From Candidatus Omnitrophota bacterium (GTDB lineage: Bacteria; Omnitrophota; Gorgyraeia; 1-14-0-20-64-10), in assembly GCA_023818695.1 (NCBI GenBank), contig JAMWCF010000001.1, forward strand, positions 211,306 through 275,305: DNA of 64,000 nucleotides. The letters are read 5' to 3'. Within the stretch, counting starts at the first letter, position 1; each line of letters starts with the position of its first letter. The notes beneath the pieces were generated by a model, which had not been told where the DNA came from, did no database searches, and worked only from the letters and a program-made list of their open reading frames with translations. Shown here in pieces: positions 25,612 through 36,409 of the stretch. The position numbers and the translations under genes are program-made.

Positions 25612-26979
25612 GTGATGATGAAAAAAACTATCTACGTGCAATCGTTTGGATGTCAGATGAATGTCCGGGATGCGGAGGAGGTGACCGGCCTCCTGTTGGA
25701 GAGGGGATACCGGCTGACCGACTCCGAGAAGACAGCGGACGTGGTGCTGTTCAACACCTGTTCAGTCCGGGAACACGCAGAGGACAAGGTTTGGTCGCTG
25801 TTGGGGGCGATGCGCAATTTGAAAGCCAAGAACCCCTCACTGGTGGTCGGGGTGATGGGTTGTATGGCCAAGGCGCAGAAAGGAAAAATCTTCCAGCGGG
25901 CGCCGCATGTGGATTTCATCTCCGGGCCGTCCCAGCTTTATGAGGTGCCTGAGCTGATCGAGGCGGTCTACAAGAACCGTCAGCCGGCCGAAAGCCAGGG
26001 CAACTGCGAAAAGGTTGGCCGGCTCCAGCCGATCGCGGCGATCCAGCAGAAGCGGCGGGCGGAGTTCAAGACGGTCTCCTACCATTCCGGACCGGTCAGC
26101 GCGTTTGTGACGATCATGGAGGGATGTGACAAGGTCTGCAGTTACTGTATCATCCCTTACACCCGGGGACCGGAGGTCAGCCGGCCGCCGCAGCAGATTC
26201 TCGAGGAAGTGAAGCGGTTGGCGGATCAGGGGTACAAGGAGGTGACCCTGTTGGGGCAGAACGTCAACTCCTACGGCAAACGGTTTGCCCCTCAAACCTC
26301 TTTTGCCGACCTGCTGGCGCAGGTCAATGCCGTTCCGGGGATCGAGAGGATCCGGTTCACCACCTCCCATCCGTGGGATGCGGTGGAGGAGCTATTCGAC
26401 GCGATGAAGGATCTCGAGCACGTCTGCGAGCACCTGCACCTGCCGGTTCAGTCCGGGTCGGACAGGGTGCTGGAGCGAATGCGGCGGGGCTACGCCGCGG
26501 ATGAGTATGTGAGGAAGCTGGAGCTTCTCCGGCAGAAAGTGCCGGGAGTGGCGGTCACCACCGACATCATTGTCGGCTTCCCGGGGGAAACCGAGGCCGA
26601 TTTCGAGGCGACGGTTCGCCTGATGGAGCGGTGCCGATTCGACTCCGCCTTCATGTTCAGCTATTCGCCCCGCCCCTATGCTGCATCCACCCGCTGGCCG
26701 GACGATATTCCGCAGGAGGTAAAGGACAGGCGCCTGCAGACCATCCTGCGCCTGCAGGAACGAATCACTCGCGAGGAGGGGGAAAAGGCGTTGAACCAGA
26801 CGGTCGAGGTGCTGGTCGAAGAAGCCGATCGCCTGTCGGCACGGCAGGGGATGGGCCGCAGCCGGACCAACCGGAAAGTCTATTTTGAGGCGGACGGATT
26901 GAAGGCGGGGGATCTGGTCCGCGTCCATGTAGAATCGATCCGGGGACACAGTTTTATCGGATGGGCTTTGCCGCGCTGA
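25612..26979 (+). CDS. miaB: tRNA-2-methylthio-N6-dimethylallyladenosine synthase
   Basis: Motifs SFGCQMN and radical-SAM CDKVCSYCIIPY, with a TRAM-like C-terminus. Confidence 0.9.
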   Translation: MMMKKTIYVQSFGCQMNVRDAEEVTGLLLERGYRLTDSEKTADVVLFNTCSVREHAEDKVWSLLGAMRNLKAKNPSLVVGVMGCMAKAQKGKIFQRAPHVDFISGPSQLYEVPELIEAVYKNRQPAESQGNCEKVGRLQPIAAIQQKRRAEFKTVSYHSGPVSAFVTIMEGCDKVCSYCIIPYTRGPEVSRPPQQILEEVKRLADQGYKEVTLLGQNVNSYGKRFAPQTSFADLLAQVNAVPGIERIRFTTSHPWDAVEELFDAMKDLEHVCEHLHLPVQSGSDRVLERMRRGYAADEYVRKLELLRQKVPGVAVTTDIIVGFPGETEADFEATVRLMERCRFDSAFMFSYSPRPYAASTRWPDDIPQEVKDRRLQTILRLQERITREEGEKALNQTVEVLVEEADRLSARQGMGRSRTNRKVYFEADGLKAGDLVRVHVESIRGHSFIGWALPR

Positions 26980-27905
26980 ACAAACGGATCATCGCCCTGG
27001 TGGGGCCGACCGGCATCGGCAAGACCGAGACTGCCGCCGCCCTGGCCAAAACCCTCTCGGCGAAGGTTGTGGTGGCTGACTCGATGCAGGTCTACCAGGG
27101 GATGGACGTCGGCACCGGCAAACCGGACAAAGCTCTTCTGCGGGAGATCGCCCATTATGGGATCGACCTGGTTCCTCCCACCGCGGAGTTCAGCGCCGCC
27201 GATTACGTCCGGACGGTTCGGCCGGTCATGGAGAAGCTGCTGGCCAGGGATGATTTCGTCGTGCTGACCGGTGGTTCTGGGCTGTATGTCCGGGCCCTGC
27301 TGGACGGGATTTGCGAGGCACCGTCGGCGAACCGGTTCTACAGGGAGCAACTCCTGGAGGAAGGACAGAAGACCGGTTGGAGCGCCATGCACCGGAGGTT
27401 GCAGGAGGTGGATCCCGAAGCGGCCCGTCGGATCCATCCCCACGATAAGAAGCGGATCATCCGGGCGCTGGAGGTTTTCCACGACAGCGGCCAACCGCTG
27501 ACCGCCCTTCAGAAGAAGGCGGCCGGTTTCTTTGAAAACAAGGCGGAGATCTCCTTTTTCGGGCTGACCTGCCACCGGGAGACTCTTTACCAGCGGATCG
27601 AGGAGCGGATCGACCGGTGGCTGGCGTCCGGCTGGAAAGAGGAGGCGCAGATGCTCCTGCAAAAAGGTTTGAGCAAAACCAGCGCCGAGGCGCTTGGCTA
27701 CAAGGAGCTTTACGCCTATCTAAAAAATGAGACCAGCTGGGAGGAAACGGTTCGCCTGATCAAGCGCAACAGCCGGCATTACGCCAAAAGGCAGATCACC
27801 TGGTTCCACCACGATCCTCGGATCCGGTGGATTCCGGTCGAGGATCGGTCCCCCCGCGAGCTGGCCCTCGTGCTGGCGGAGGATCGGATCAAGAACGGAA
27901 AATGA
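26961..27905 (+). CDS. miaA: tRNA dimethylallyltransferase
   Basis: P-loop GPTGIGKT and the motif VVADSMQVYQGMDVGT. Confidence 0.9.
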   Translation: MGFAALNKRIIALVGPTGIGKTETAAALAKTLSAKVVVADSMQVYQGMDVGTGKPDKALLREIAHYGIDLVPPTAEFSAADYVRTVRPVMEKLLARDDFVVLTGGSGLYVRALLDGICEAPSANRFYREQLLEEGQKTGWSAMHRRLQEVDPEAARRIHPHDKKRIIRALEVFHDSGQPLTALQKKAAGFFENKAEISFFGLTCHRETLYQRIEERIDRWLASGWKEEAQMLLQKGLSKTSAEALGYKELYAYLKNETSWEETVRLIKRNSRHYAKRQITWFHHDPRIRWIPVEDRSPRELALVLAEDRIKNGK

Positions 27906-29188
27906 AAACAGCAACCATCATCACCCAGGCCCTGCCGGAACGGGCCCTGGCCGTCACGATCCGTTTTTGGAACCACGCCTACCGAGATCCCTGGCCGGAG
28001 GAGGAAAGCGCCAGGGAACTGAAGGAGCTGATCAGCTCCTGTGGCCTGCAGGTCGTCCGGGAGCATACCGTCAAGAGCGAAGACCCCCATCCGGGCCACC
28101 TGATCGGGACAGGCAAGGCCCAGGAGATCCACCAGATCTGCCACGACCATCATCTGAACGTCGTGATCTTGAGCGAGAACCTTTCCGCCGCCCAGCAGGG
28201 GAACCTGGAGGATCTGGTGGGGGTCAAGGTGATCGACCGGACCCAGCTGATTTTGGACGTTTTCGCGCAGAGGGCCACGTCGCAGGAAGGGAAGGTGCAG
28301 GTGGAGCTGGCCCAGTTGGAATATCTCCTGCCCCGGCTGGCCGGCAAGGGGGTCCTGCTTTCCCGGTTGGGAGGCGGCATCGGGACCAGAGGACCCGGCG
28401 AACAGAAGCTTGAGATGGACAGACGGCGGATCCGCCAGCGGATCAACCGCTTGAAGAAAGAGCTCCAGATGATCCACCGACGGCGCTGGACTGCCCGCCG
28501 CAAACGGGAAGAGGAGGATGTCCCGACCGCAGCGCTGATCGGCTACACCAACGCCGGCAAATCGACCCTTCTGAACCGGTTGACCGACGCCGGGGCGGTG
28601 GCCGAAAATCGGCTTTTCTCCACGCTGGACCCGCTTGCCCGCCGGCTTATTCTGCCGAACCACCAGGCGGTCCTCCTTTCCGACACCGTTGGGTTCATCC
28701 ACCGGATCCCGCACGACCTAATCGAATCGTTCAAGGCCACCCTGGAGGAGGTGACTGAAAGCCACCTGCTGATCCACGTGATCGACTCCTCCCACCCGGT
28801 GATGGAACAGCAGATGGAGGCGGTGGAGGAGGTCCTGAAGGAACTCCAGGCCGACAGGAAACCGCGCTTGCTCGTCTTCAATAAGATCGACCGGATCAGC
28901 CGGGAGTCGCAGCGGCAGACCCAGAAACGGTACCCCGAAGGGATCTTCATATCCGCCGCGTCAGGGGAGGGGGTCCAGGTGATCGTCGACCGGCTCTGTA
29001 GTTCCTTGAGCCACCGGATGCGCCAGGCCAAAATCCTCTTGCCCGGCGAATCGAGGCATTGGCTTGAAAAGGTCTACGAGCACGGGGTGGTACTTTCCCG
29101 CCACGAGACCGACAAGGGGCTGCAACTCGAGGCCCGGATTCCTCTTCGTCTCTACGGCCAGATGGAAAAAGCTGGTCTTCTGAAGTAG
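27902..29188 (+). CDS. hflX: GTPase HflX
   Basis: ATGA overlap with miaA. Motifs GPGE.KLE.DRR and G1 GYTNAGKSTLLN. Confidence 0.9.
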   Translation: MKTATIITQALPERALAVTIRFWNHAYRDPWPEEESARELKELISSCGLQVVREHTVKSEDPHPGHLIGTGKAQEIHQICHDHHLNVVILSENLSAAQQGNLEDLVGVKVIDRTQLILDVFAQRATSQEGKVQVELAQLEYLLPRLAGKGVLLSRLGGGIGTRGPGEQKLEMDRRRIRQRINRLKKELQMIHRRRWTARRKREEEDVPTAALIGYTNAGKSTLLNRLTDAGAVAENRLFSTLDPLARRLILPNHQAVLLSDTVGFIHRIPHDLIESFKATLEEVTESHLLIHVIDSSHPVMEQQMEAVEEVLKELQADRKPRLLVFNKIDRISRESQRQTQKRYPEGIFISAASGEGVQVIVDRLCSSLSHRMRQAKILLPGESRHWLEKVYEHGVVLSRHETDKGLQLEARIPLRLYGQMEKAGLLK

Positions 29189-29201
29189 ATCCCTTTTCCT
29201 C

Positions 29202-29229
29202 TTGACACGCACCTTTGTTATGGTATCCT
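29202..29229 (+). promoter_or_regulatory. Sigma-70-type promoter of the hrcA operon
   Basis: TTGACA (29202-29207), a 16-nt spacer, then extended -10 TGgTATCCT (29221-29229). Confidence 0.6.
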
Positions 29230-29238
29230 TGTTAATGG

Positions 29239-29265
29239 TTAGCACTCATTATTATTGAGTGCTAG
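29239..29265 (+). promoter_or_regulatory. CIRCE operator (HrcA binding site)
   Basis: TTAGCACTC-N9-GAGTGCTAG matches the CIRCE consensus TTAGCACTC-N9-GAGTGCTAA at 17 of 18 positions. It lies directly upstream of hrcA. Confidence 0.9.
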
Positions 29266-29286
29266 TAATAAGGCGAGCATAGAGAA

Positions 29287-30333
29287 GTGACTGTAAATCA
29301 TTTAAAATCAAGAAGTCATAAAATTCTTGAGGCGATCATCCTGACCTACGCGGAGTCGGCGACGCCGGTAGGGTCCGAGTTACTGTGGGAGCGGTACGAT
29401 TTTCAGGTCTCTCCGGCAACCATCCGAAACGCCATGGCGGAACTGGAATCTTTGGGTCTCATCACGCATCCTCACACCTCCGCCGGGCGGGTTCCGACCG
29501 ATCTGGGATATCGCTACTACGTCGACATTCTGATGGAGCCGAAACGGCTGACCCCGCAGGATGAGGAAAAAATTCGGCAGCTGGGATCCCTCGGGGCGGA
29601 AGAGCCGGTCGAATTCCTGAAGCAGGCGGCGAAGACCCTTTCGGATTTGACGCAGGTGGCCGCCATCGTGCTGGTGCCTTTGCTGTCGGACAGCTCCTTC
29701 CGCCTGCTGAAGCTGATCCCCTTGGGGCCGGATGAGGTGATGGCGGTCCTGATCACCGGCGAGGGGATAGTTAAACACGCTTTGCTGGATTTCGGGGAGC
29801 TGACCGAGACCGGCCTGCTGGAGGAGCTGGAATCGTTCCTGAACGGGGAACTGGCTGGGATGCCGCTTTCGAAAATCCCCTCCTACCTGGAATCGCTGAC
29901 GCAGCAGTACGCCGAGAAGCCGATCTCCGCCATGCTGATCCGGACGGCGCAGAATCTGCTTGCGCGGCCTCCGTTCCTGGAGCAGAACACCACCCTCCTG
30001 CTGGAGGGGGCTAGCAAAATTCTCCACGCTCCGGAGTTCAAGGATATCGAGAAGGCCAGGCGGCTCCTCTCCGCGTTGGAAAACAGGGAGGGGTTGGTCG
30101 ACATCCTCAAGCGGGATCTGGCGGGGGATGAGGTGAAGGTCCATATCGGCTTCGAGAACAAGGGGCAGTTTCTGGAGGACTGTACCATCGCGGCGGCACC
30201 CTATCGGCTGCGCAGCGGGATCGCCGGCGCGCTGGGTGTGATGGGGCCGACCCGTATGGATTACCCTCGAGTGACGACTCTGCTGACTCGAATGGCGCAG
30301 ACGGTGACAAGATCTTTTCAGGAGAGGGAATGA
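29287..30333 (+). CDS. hrcA: Heat-inducible transcription repressor HrcA
   Basis: GTG start. Motif VSPATIRNAMAELESLGLITHPHTSAGRVPTDLGYRYYVD. Confidence 0.9.
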   Translation: MTVNHLKSRSHKILEAIILTYAESATPVGSELLWERYDFQVSPATIRNAMAELESLGLITHPHTSAGRVPTDLGYRYYVDILMEPKRLTPQDEEKIRQLGSLGAEEPVEFLKQAAKTLSDLTQVAAIVLVPLLSDSSFRLLKLIPLGPDEVMAVLITGEGIVKHALLDFGELTETGLLEELESFLNGELAGMPLSKIPSYLESLTQQYAEKPISAMLIRTAQNLLARPPFLEQNTTLLLEGASKILHAPEFKDIEKARRLLSALENREGLVDILKRDLAGDEVKVHIGFENKGQFLEDCTIAAAPYRLRSGIAGALGVMGPTRMDYPRVTTLLTRMAQTVTRSFQERE

Positions 30334-30884
30334 CATCACAGGAGTACCCGGAGCAGGAGAAAAGCGAACAGGAGGGGAGGGCGGAACAGCCGAAGGAGGC
30401 GGAGCAGCCGAAAGAAGCAGAGCAGCTGAAGGACCAGCTCCTGCGGCTGCGGGCCGATTTCGAGAACGCCAAAAAACGGTGGCATAAGCAGGAAGCGGAG
30501 ATCAGACAGTGGGCCAACAAGGATATTTTGGAGCAGCTGCTTGATATTTATGACGATTTTCAGAGAGCGCTGGCGGTCTCTTCCGGGGAAAATCCAAACG
30601 GCGGCTTCAAGGCCGGTGTGGAGATGATCGCCAAACAGCTTGAAGATCTTTTGAAATCATACGGGGTGGCCCCTATCGAAGCGCAGGGGAAGAGGTTCGA
30701 TCACTCCCTGCATGAAGCGGTGGCCCATGAGGAAACGGAGGCGGTGCCGGAATCGACCGTGCTGGCAGAATTGCGAAAAGGATACACCTTGAACGGCAGG
30801 GTATTGAGACATTCCATGGTGAAAGTGGCCGTGAAACCGGCGCCTAAACAGGAACCACTTGAAGGAGGATGTTCCAATGGCTAA
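30330..30884 (+). CDS. grpE: Nucleotide exchange factor GrpE
   Basis: ATGA overlap with hrcA. Motifs [12 protein letters not shown] and HEAV. Confidence 0.9.
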   Translation: MTSQEYPEQEKSEQEGRAEQPKEAEQPKEAEQLKDQLLRLRADFENAKKRWHKQEAEIRQWANKDILEQLLDIYDDFQRALAVSSGENPNGGFKAGVEMIAKQLEDLLKSYGVAPIEAQGKRFDHSLHEAVAHEETEAVPESTVLAELRKGYTLNGRVLRHSMVKVAVKPAPKQEPLEGGCSNG

Positions 30885-32778
30885 AGCAATCGGAATTGAT
30901 CTCGGCACATCGAACTCCGCGGCCTCGGTCGTGGAAGGGGGACGGCCCGCCATCATCCCGTCCGCGGAGGGGCTGACGGTGGGAGGCAAGGCTTTCCCCT
31001 CCATTGTGGCTTTCACCAAGGACGGTCAGCGGCTCGTGGGGGAACCGGCCAGGCGCCAGGCGGCCATCAACCCGGAGGGAACGGTCCTCGCCGCTAAAAG
31101 GAAGATGGGGACGAATCACACCTATTCGATCCACGGCAGGAGTTTCACCCCCCAGCAGATCTCGGCCTTCATCCTGCAGAAGATAAAACAGGATGCCGAG
31201 GCTTTCCTGAACGACCAGGTCAACGAAGCGGTGATCACGGTCCCGGCCTACTTCAACGACAACCAGAGGCAGGCCACCAAGGACGCGGGGGAGATCGCCG
31301 GCCTGAAAGTTCTTCGGATCATCAATGAGCCGACCGCCGCATGCCTGGCCTACGGGCTGGACAAGGCGGAGCAGGAGCAGAAGATCCTGGTATTCGACTT
31401 GGGAGGGGGTACCCTGGACGTCACGATTATGGAGATGTACTACGTCAAGGAGGAAAAGACCTCCGGGTTTGAGGTACTGGCGACCAACGGGGATACTCAA
31501 CTGGGTGGCACCGACATGGATACCGCCCTGATCGACTTCATCGCCATGGAGTTCAAGAAGGAGAGCGGCATCGATGTCCGCAACGACAAGATGGCCTATC
31601 AGCGGATCCGGGAAGCGGCGGAGAAGGCGAAGATCGAGCTTTCCAACGTCCTGCAGACCGACATCAACCTTCCATTCATCACGGCGGACGCTTCCGGGCC
31701 GAAGCACCTGACCATGACGATTACGCGGGCCAAGCTGGAGGAGCTGGTCGGCCCGATCGTGGAGCGTTGCCGCAGGCCTCTGGAGCAGGCCCTAGCCGAC
31801 GCCAAACTGGGCGCAGAGGCCATCGATAAGGTGATCCTGGTGGGAGGCCCCACCCGGATGCCGATCGTCCAGAAATTCGTCGAGGATTACGTGGGTCCAA
31901 AGAAGGTGGCCCGCGGGATCGACCCAATGGAGTGCGTGGCGATGGGAGCGGCCATCCAGGCGGCCGCCCTCAAGGGGGAGATCAAGGACATCCAGCTCCT
32001 GGATGTCACACCGCTGTCGCTGGGGATCGAAACGCTGGGCGGGGTTTTCACCAAGCTGATCGAACGCAACACCACCATTCCGACCCGTAAGTCGCAGGTT
32101 TTCTCCACCGCGGAGGACAACCAGCCGGCGGTGACGGTGAGGGTCCTTCAGGGGGAGCGGGCGATGGCCAACGACAACGTGGAGCTGGGCCGGTTCGACC
32201 TGGTCGGCATCCCGCCGGCCCCTCGGGGGGTTCCGCAGATCGAAGTCACCTTCGACATCGATGCTAATGGGATTGTGCATGTCTCCGCGAAGGACAGGGG
32301 AACCGGCAAGGAGCAGTCGATCCGGATCACCGCTCCGCACAAGCTGGACCAGTCTGAAATCGAGAAGATGATCAAGCAGGCGGAGCAGTTCGCCAGCGCC
32401 GATGAGAAGAAGCGGCAGGAGGTCGAGGTCAAGAACAAGGCGGACGCTTTCGCCTACTCCACCGAGAAATCGTTGAAGGATTACGGGGAGAAGATCCCAG
32501 CCGCTGACCGGGTCAAGGTAGAGGAGAAGCTGAAGACCCTCAAGGAAACCCTGAAGGGCTCCGACACCGCGGCGATTGAGAAGGCAATGCAGGAGCTGAT
32601 GGAAGCCTCCCACAAACTGGCGGAAGAGGTGTACAAGGCCTCCGCGCAAAAAGGGCAGGGAGCGGAAAGCCCCGGGCAGGAGTCGGGCAGCAGGGAGCAC
32701 GGCAACGGCCAGGGCAAGAAGAAAGATGACGAAGGAGTTATCGACGCGGAGTTCAAAGTCGACGACAACAAAAAATAA
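30877..32778 (+). CDS. dnaK: Molecular chaperone DnaK (Hsp70)
   Basis: [14 protein letters not shown] preceded by SD gaaggagga. The ORF-track start at 30859 is less likely. Confidence 0.95.
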   Translation: MAKAIGIDLGTSNSAASVVEGGRPAIIPSAEGLTVGGKAFPSIVAFTKDGQRLVGEPARRQAAINPEGTVLAAKRKMGTNHTYSIHGRSFTPQQISAFILQKIKQDAEAFLNDQVNEAVITVPAYFNDNQRQATKDAGEIAGLKVLRIINEPTAACLAYGLDKAEQEQKILVFDLGGGTLDVTIMEMYYVKEEKTSGFEVLATNGDTQLGGTDMDTALIDFIAMEFKKESGIDVRNDKMAYQRIREAAEKAKIELSNVLQTDINLPFITADASGPKHLTMTITRAKLEELVGPIVERCRRPLEQALADAKLGAEAIDKVILVGGPTRMPIVQKFVEDYVGPKKVARGIDPMECVAMGAAIQAAALKGEIKDIQLLDVTPLSLGIETLGGVFTKLIERNTTIPTRKSQVFSTAEDNQPAVTVRVLQGERAMANDNVELGRFDLVGIPPAPRGVPQIEVTFDIDANGIVHVSAKDRGTGKEQSIRITAPHKLDQSEIEKMIKQAEQFASADEKKRQEVEVKNKADAFAYSTEKSLKDYGEKIPAADRVKVEEKLKTLKETLKGSDTAAIEKAMQELMEASHKLAEEVYKASAQKGQGAESPGQESGSREHGNGQGKKKDDEGVIDAEFKVDDNKK

Positions 32779-32783
32779 ATAAG

Positions 32784-33950
32784 ATGCCAGTAGCCAAGAG
32801 GGATTATTACGAAGTCCTCGGGGTTGAGAAAACCGCCTCGGAGGAGGAGATCAAGAAGGCCTTTCGCCGGTTGGCGATGAAGCACCACCCGGACCGCCAC
32901 CATGAGACCAACAAGAAGGAGGCGGAGGAGAAATTCAAGGAGATCTCCGAGGCGTACGAGGTCTTGAGCGATCCGAAGAAGCGGGCCGCCTACGACCAGT
33001 ACGGTCACGCGGGGATGGAAGGGGCCTTCCGGCACGGAAACTTCAGCTGGGAAGATTTCACCCACTTCGAAGATATCTCCGACATCCTGGGGGGCGGGCT
33101 GGAGGAACTGTTCGCCACTTTCGGGTTGGGAGATGTTTTTAGATCCGGCGGACGGGGCCGCTCTCACAGGCGTTTTACCGGAGCGGACCTGGAGACCTCT
33201 GTCGACATTGAACTCGCTGACCTTCTGAATGAGAAAGAGGTTCCTCTGTCGTTCCGCAGGAGGGAACCTTGCGGCGTGTGCCACGGGCAGGGGACGAAAC
33301 CTGGGACAAAACCGGAAACCTGCTCAAGCTGCGGAGGGCAGGGACAGGTCAGGGTCTCGCAGGGATTTTTCGTCATGGCAAGCACCTGCGCCCGCTGTTC
33401 GGGGACGGGAACGGTCATCAAGGAGAAATGCCCTTCCTGCCGGGGAGACGGATTGACCGAGAAGCAGAGAGACTTGAAGGTGAAAATCCCCGCCGGCATC
33501 GAGGACGGGATGCGCCTGAAGCTGGCCGGCGAGGGGGAAAGGGGCCCCAGAGGGGCGGAGCCGGGGGATCTCTACGTGCGGGTACGGGTTAGGCCCCATC
33601 CTTTCTTCCAGAGGGACGGCAGCCACCTGTACTGTGAGGTGCCGGTCAACATGGTGCAGGCCTCACTGGGGTGCGAGCTGGAAATCCCGACCCTCTCCGG
33701 CACCGTTCGGATGAAGGTACCGCCCGGAACTCAACCAGGGGAGGTCCTGCGGCTGCGGGGGATGGGACTGCCCTCCCTGCGCGGATCGCAAAGAGGGGAC
33801 CAGTTCGTCAGGATCAAGGTGGAAATTCCATCGAGAGTCTCGATGGCGCAGAGAAAGATGCTTGAAGAGTTCGAGCGGTTAAGTGATAATGGCATTTTTC
33901 CAGCGGTCCAGAGGTTCTGGGAGCAGGCCAGACGCTGGCTGAAAAAGTGA
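32784..33950 (+). CDS. dnaJ: Molecular chaperone DnaJ
   Basis: J domain (DYYEVLGV...HPD), a G/F region and four CxxCxGxG zinc motifs. Confidence 0.95.
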   Translation: MPVAKRDYYEVLGVEKTASEEEIKKAFRRLAMKHHPDRHHETNKKEAEEKFKEISEAYEVLSDPKKRAAYDQYGHAGMEGAFRHGNFSWEDFTHFEDISDILGGGLEELFATFGLGDVFRSGGRGRSHRRFTGADLETSVDIELADLLNEKEVPLSFRRREPCGVCHGQGTKPGTKPETCSSCGGQGQVRVSQGFFVMASTCARCSGTGTVIKEKCPSCRGDGLTEKQRDLKVKIPAGIEDGMRLKLAGEGERGPRGAEPGDLYVRVRVRPHPFFQRDGSHLYCEVPVNMVQASLGCELEIPTLSGTVRMKVPPGTQPGEVLRLRGMGLPSLRGSQRGDQFVRIKVEIPSRVSMAQRKMLEEFERLSDNGIFPAVQRFWEQARRWLKK

Positions 33951-33970
33951 GAGCGCGGAGGGATTGAGGA

Positions 33971-34279
33971 ATGCCGACTTACGAATACGAATGCAGGTCC
34001 TGCGGTCATCAGTTCGAAAAGTTCCAGCCGATCACCGCCCGGCCTAGCACACTCTGCCCGAAGTGCAGGCGAACGTCGCGCCGCCTGATCTCCGCAGGCG
34101 GAGGGGTTCTTTTTAAGGGATCCGGCTTCTATATCACCGACTATCGATCCGCCAGTTATAAGAAGCGGGCTTCGGAAGAGGCAAAGGGTTCCTCCTCCTG
34201 CTCCGGTAAGAGCCCTTCCAGCTGCGCAAGCGGGGCGGGCTCTTGCTCCGCCGGCACCAAAGGAAATTCGAAGGCGTAA
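33971..34279 (+). CDS. FmdB-family zinc-ribbon protein
   Basis: MPTYEYECRSCGHQFE...CPKC, followed by a Ser/Cys/Gly-rich tail. Confidence 0.8.
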   Translation: MPTYEYECRSCGHQFEKFQPITARPSTLCPKCRRTSRRLISAGGGVLFKGSGFYITDYRSASYKKRASEEAKGSSSCSGKSPSSCASGAGSCSAGTKGNSKA

Positions 34280-34290
34280 ACCTATCTTCC

Positions 34291-35529
34291 GTGCCGCACA
34301 TCGCACCCTTTAAAGGTCTCCGGTACAATACGCGCCGGGTGGGATCCCTTGCCAAGGTGGTCACGCCCCCCTACGACGTCATCTCTCCCAAAGGTCAGCA
34401 GGGGTATTACAGGAAGCATCCTTACAACTTCATCCGGGTCGTGTTTGGGAAGGAGTACAGGTCCGACAGCGCTCGGAACAACCGGTACACTCGGGCGAAG
34501 GAGACGCTGGAGCGCTGGATTTCGGAAGGGATCCTGGTGCAGGATAAAACCCCGGCTCTCTACCCCCACCTCCAGGAGTATGTCATCGATGGCAAGCGTT
34601 GCCGGAGATGGGGGTTGATTTCGCTGGTCCGGCTTGATTCCAGGATCTCTCCGCATGAGGAGACGAGGACAAAACCGAAGCAGGACCGGATCAAACTTCT
34701 GCAGACTGTCCATGCCTCGCTCTCTCCAATCTTCGGTTTGATCCCCGACACCGGTGACCGGTACCGGAACGCCATCCAACAAGCCTGCAGGAACCGGCGT
34801 CCGATCGCCTCCATCCGGCTGGACGGGGTCCTGCACCGGCTCTGGAGGATCGATGAACCGACCTGGATCCGACGGTTCACCCGCCTGCTGGAGAAAAAGG
34901 AGCTGGTGATCGCCGACGGACATCACCGGCTGGAGGCGGCCCTGTATGTCCGCAACGCGCGCCGCCGGACGGATCCCCGGTTCTCGCTCCGGTCCCCTTA
35001 CAACTACACCATGTTTTTCCTGGCGGCAGCCGGGGAGGAGGAACCGGGTTTGCTGCCGACCCACCGGGTCGTGCACGGTGGCCGGCGGGACCGACTTCAC
35101 CGGATGGCGGCCGAAGCGGCCGGCACCATGACCGTGGAATCGGTCGAAGATATTCCCCGGCTCGTCCACCGGTTGCGGCAGCTGCGGTGCGTCAACCAGA
35201 TTGGCATCGGGTTATATACCGGCAACGGCGGGGGCTATCTCCTGCGCCCCGCGTCGCAGGGTTTCCATCAGCTTGACGTGGAGTGGCTCCATGAGGAGAT
35301 CGTGCCGGAATGGATCGGTCCCAGAGCCGACATCTCATTCACCCAGGATATTCGGGAAGGGCTGCGTTTACTGAAAACCGGCCGGGCCAAGGCGCTGTTC
35401 CTCACCCAGCCGCCAAGTCTGCAGGAGGTTTTCAATCGGGCCAGGGCCTCGCGCCGCATGCCGGGGAAAACGACATACTTCTACCCCAAGCCGCTGGCCG
35501 GCCTGGTGGAATATAAATTCGAGGAATAA
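34291..35529 (+). CDS. DUF1015 family protein
   Basis: The GTG start at 34291 avoids overlap with fmdB. Sequence VPHIAPFKGLRYN...VVTPPYDVIS. Confidence 0.75.
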   Translation: MPHIAPFKGLRYNTRRVGSLAKVVTPPYDVISPKGQQGYYRKHPYNFIRVVFGKEYRSDSARNNRYTRAKETLERWISEGILVQDKTPALYPHLQEYVIDGKRCRRWGLISLVRLDSRISPHEETRTKPKQDRIKLLQTVHASLSPIFGLIPDTGDRYRNAIQQACRNRRPIASIRLDGVLHRLWRIDEPTWIRRFTRLLEKKELVIADGHHRLEAALYVRNARRRTDPRFSLRSPYNYTMFFLAAAGEEEPGLLPTHRVVHGGRRDRLHRMAAEAAGTMTVESVEDIPRLVHRLRQLRCVNQIGIGLYTGNGGGYLLRPASQGFHQLDVEWLHEEIVPEWIGPRADISFTQDIREGLRLLKTGRAKALFLTQPPSLQEVFNRARASRRMPGKTTYFYPKPLAGLVEYKFEE

Positions 35530-35531
35530 AG

Positions 35532-36377
35532 ATGCCCCTGTTCGGACCGAAATACACCAACGTCAAGGTCAAGTCGAAGAAGGTGGAGATCCCGGAGGGG
35601 CTCTGGACGAAGTGCGAGGAGTGCGGCGAAATCATCTACAATAAAACCCTCGAAGAAAATCTGAAGGTCTGCCCAAAGTGCGATTACCACTTTACCCTCA
35701 CCGCCTACGAACGAATCCAGATGCTGATCGACAGCGGCACCTTCCAGGAGTTCGACAGCCAGCTGCGATCCGGGGACCCGCTCGAGTTCAAGGGACCCAA
35801 AGCCTATAAGGAAAAGATACAGCTTGATCAGGTGGCCACCGGGATGCCGGAGGCGGCTGTCAGCGGGGAAGGGAAGATCGCCGGCCACCGGGTCATCATC
35901 ACCGTGACCGACGCCCGGTTCATCATGGGCTCGATGGGGTCGGTGGTGGGGGAGAAGATCACACGGGCCATCGAGCGCTCGATCCGATCGGGCATTCCAC
36001 TGGTCATCGTTTCCGGCTCCGGCGGGGGAGCCCGTATGTACGAGGGGATGTTCTCCCTCATGCAGATGTCGAAAACCTCGGTCGCCCTGGCCCAGCACCA
36101 TGCCGCCGGGTTGCCGTTCATCTCGATTCTGACCAACCCGACCATGGCCGGGGTCATGGCGAGCTTCGCCAGCCTGGGCGATATCATCATCGCGGAACCG
36201 AAAGCGCTGATCGGCTTCACCGGTCCCAGGGTCATTGAGCAGACGATCCGACAGCGTCTGCCGGACGGGTTTCAGAGATCGGAATTTTTGCTTGAACACG
36301 GGCAGGTTGATAAGGTGGTGCACCGCAAGGAGATGAAAGAAACTGTGGCGCACCTCCTGGAATACTTTGAAAAGTAG
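35532..36377 (+). CDS. accD: Acetyl-CoA carboxylase carboxyltransferase subunit beta
   Basis: Zinc ribbon CEECGEIIY...CPKCDYH and the carboxyltransferase motif GGARMYEG. Confidence 0.9.
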   Translation: MPLFGPKYTNVKVKSKKVEIPEGLWTKCEECGEIIYNKTLEENLKVCPKCDYHFTLTAYERIQMLIDSGTFQEFDSQLRSGDPLEFKGPKAYKEKIQLDQVATGMPEAAVSGEGKIAGHRVIITVTDARFIMGSMGSVVGEKITRAIERSIRSGIPLVIVSGSGGGARMYEGMFSLMQMSKTSVALAQHHAAGLPFISILTNPTMAGVMASFASLGDIIIAEPKALIGFTGPRVIEQTIRQRLPDGFQRSEFLLEHGQVDKVVHRKEMKETVAHLLEYFEK

Positions 36378-36409
36378 TACAATAATCGCTTAAAAAGGTC
36401 CAACAAAAG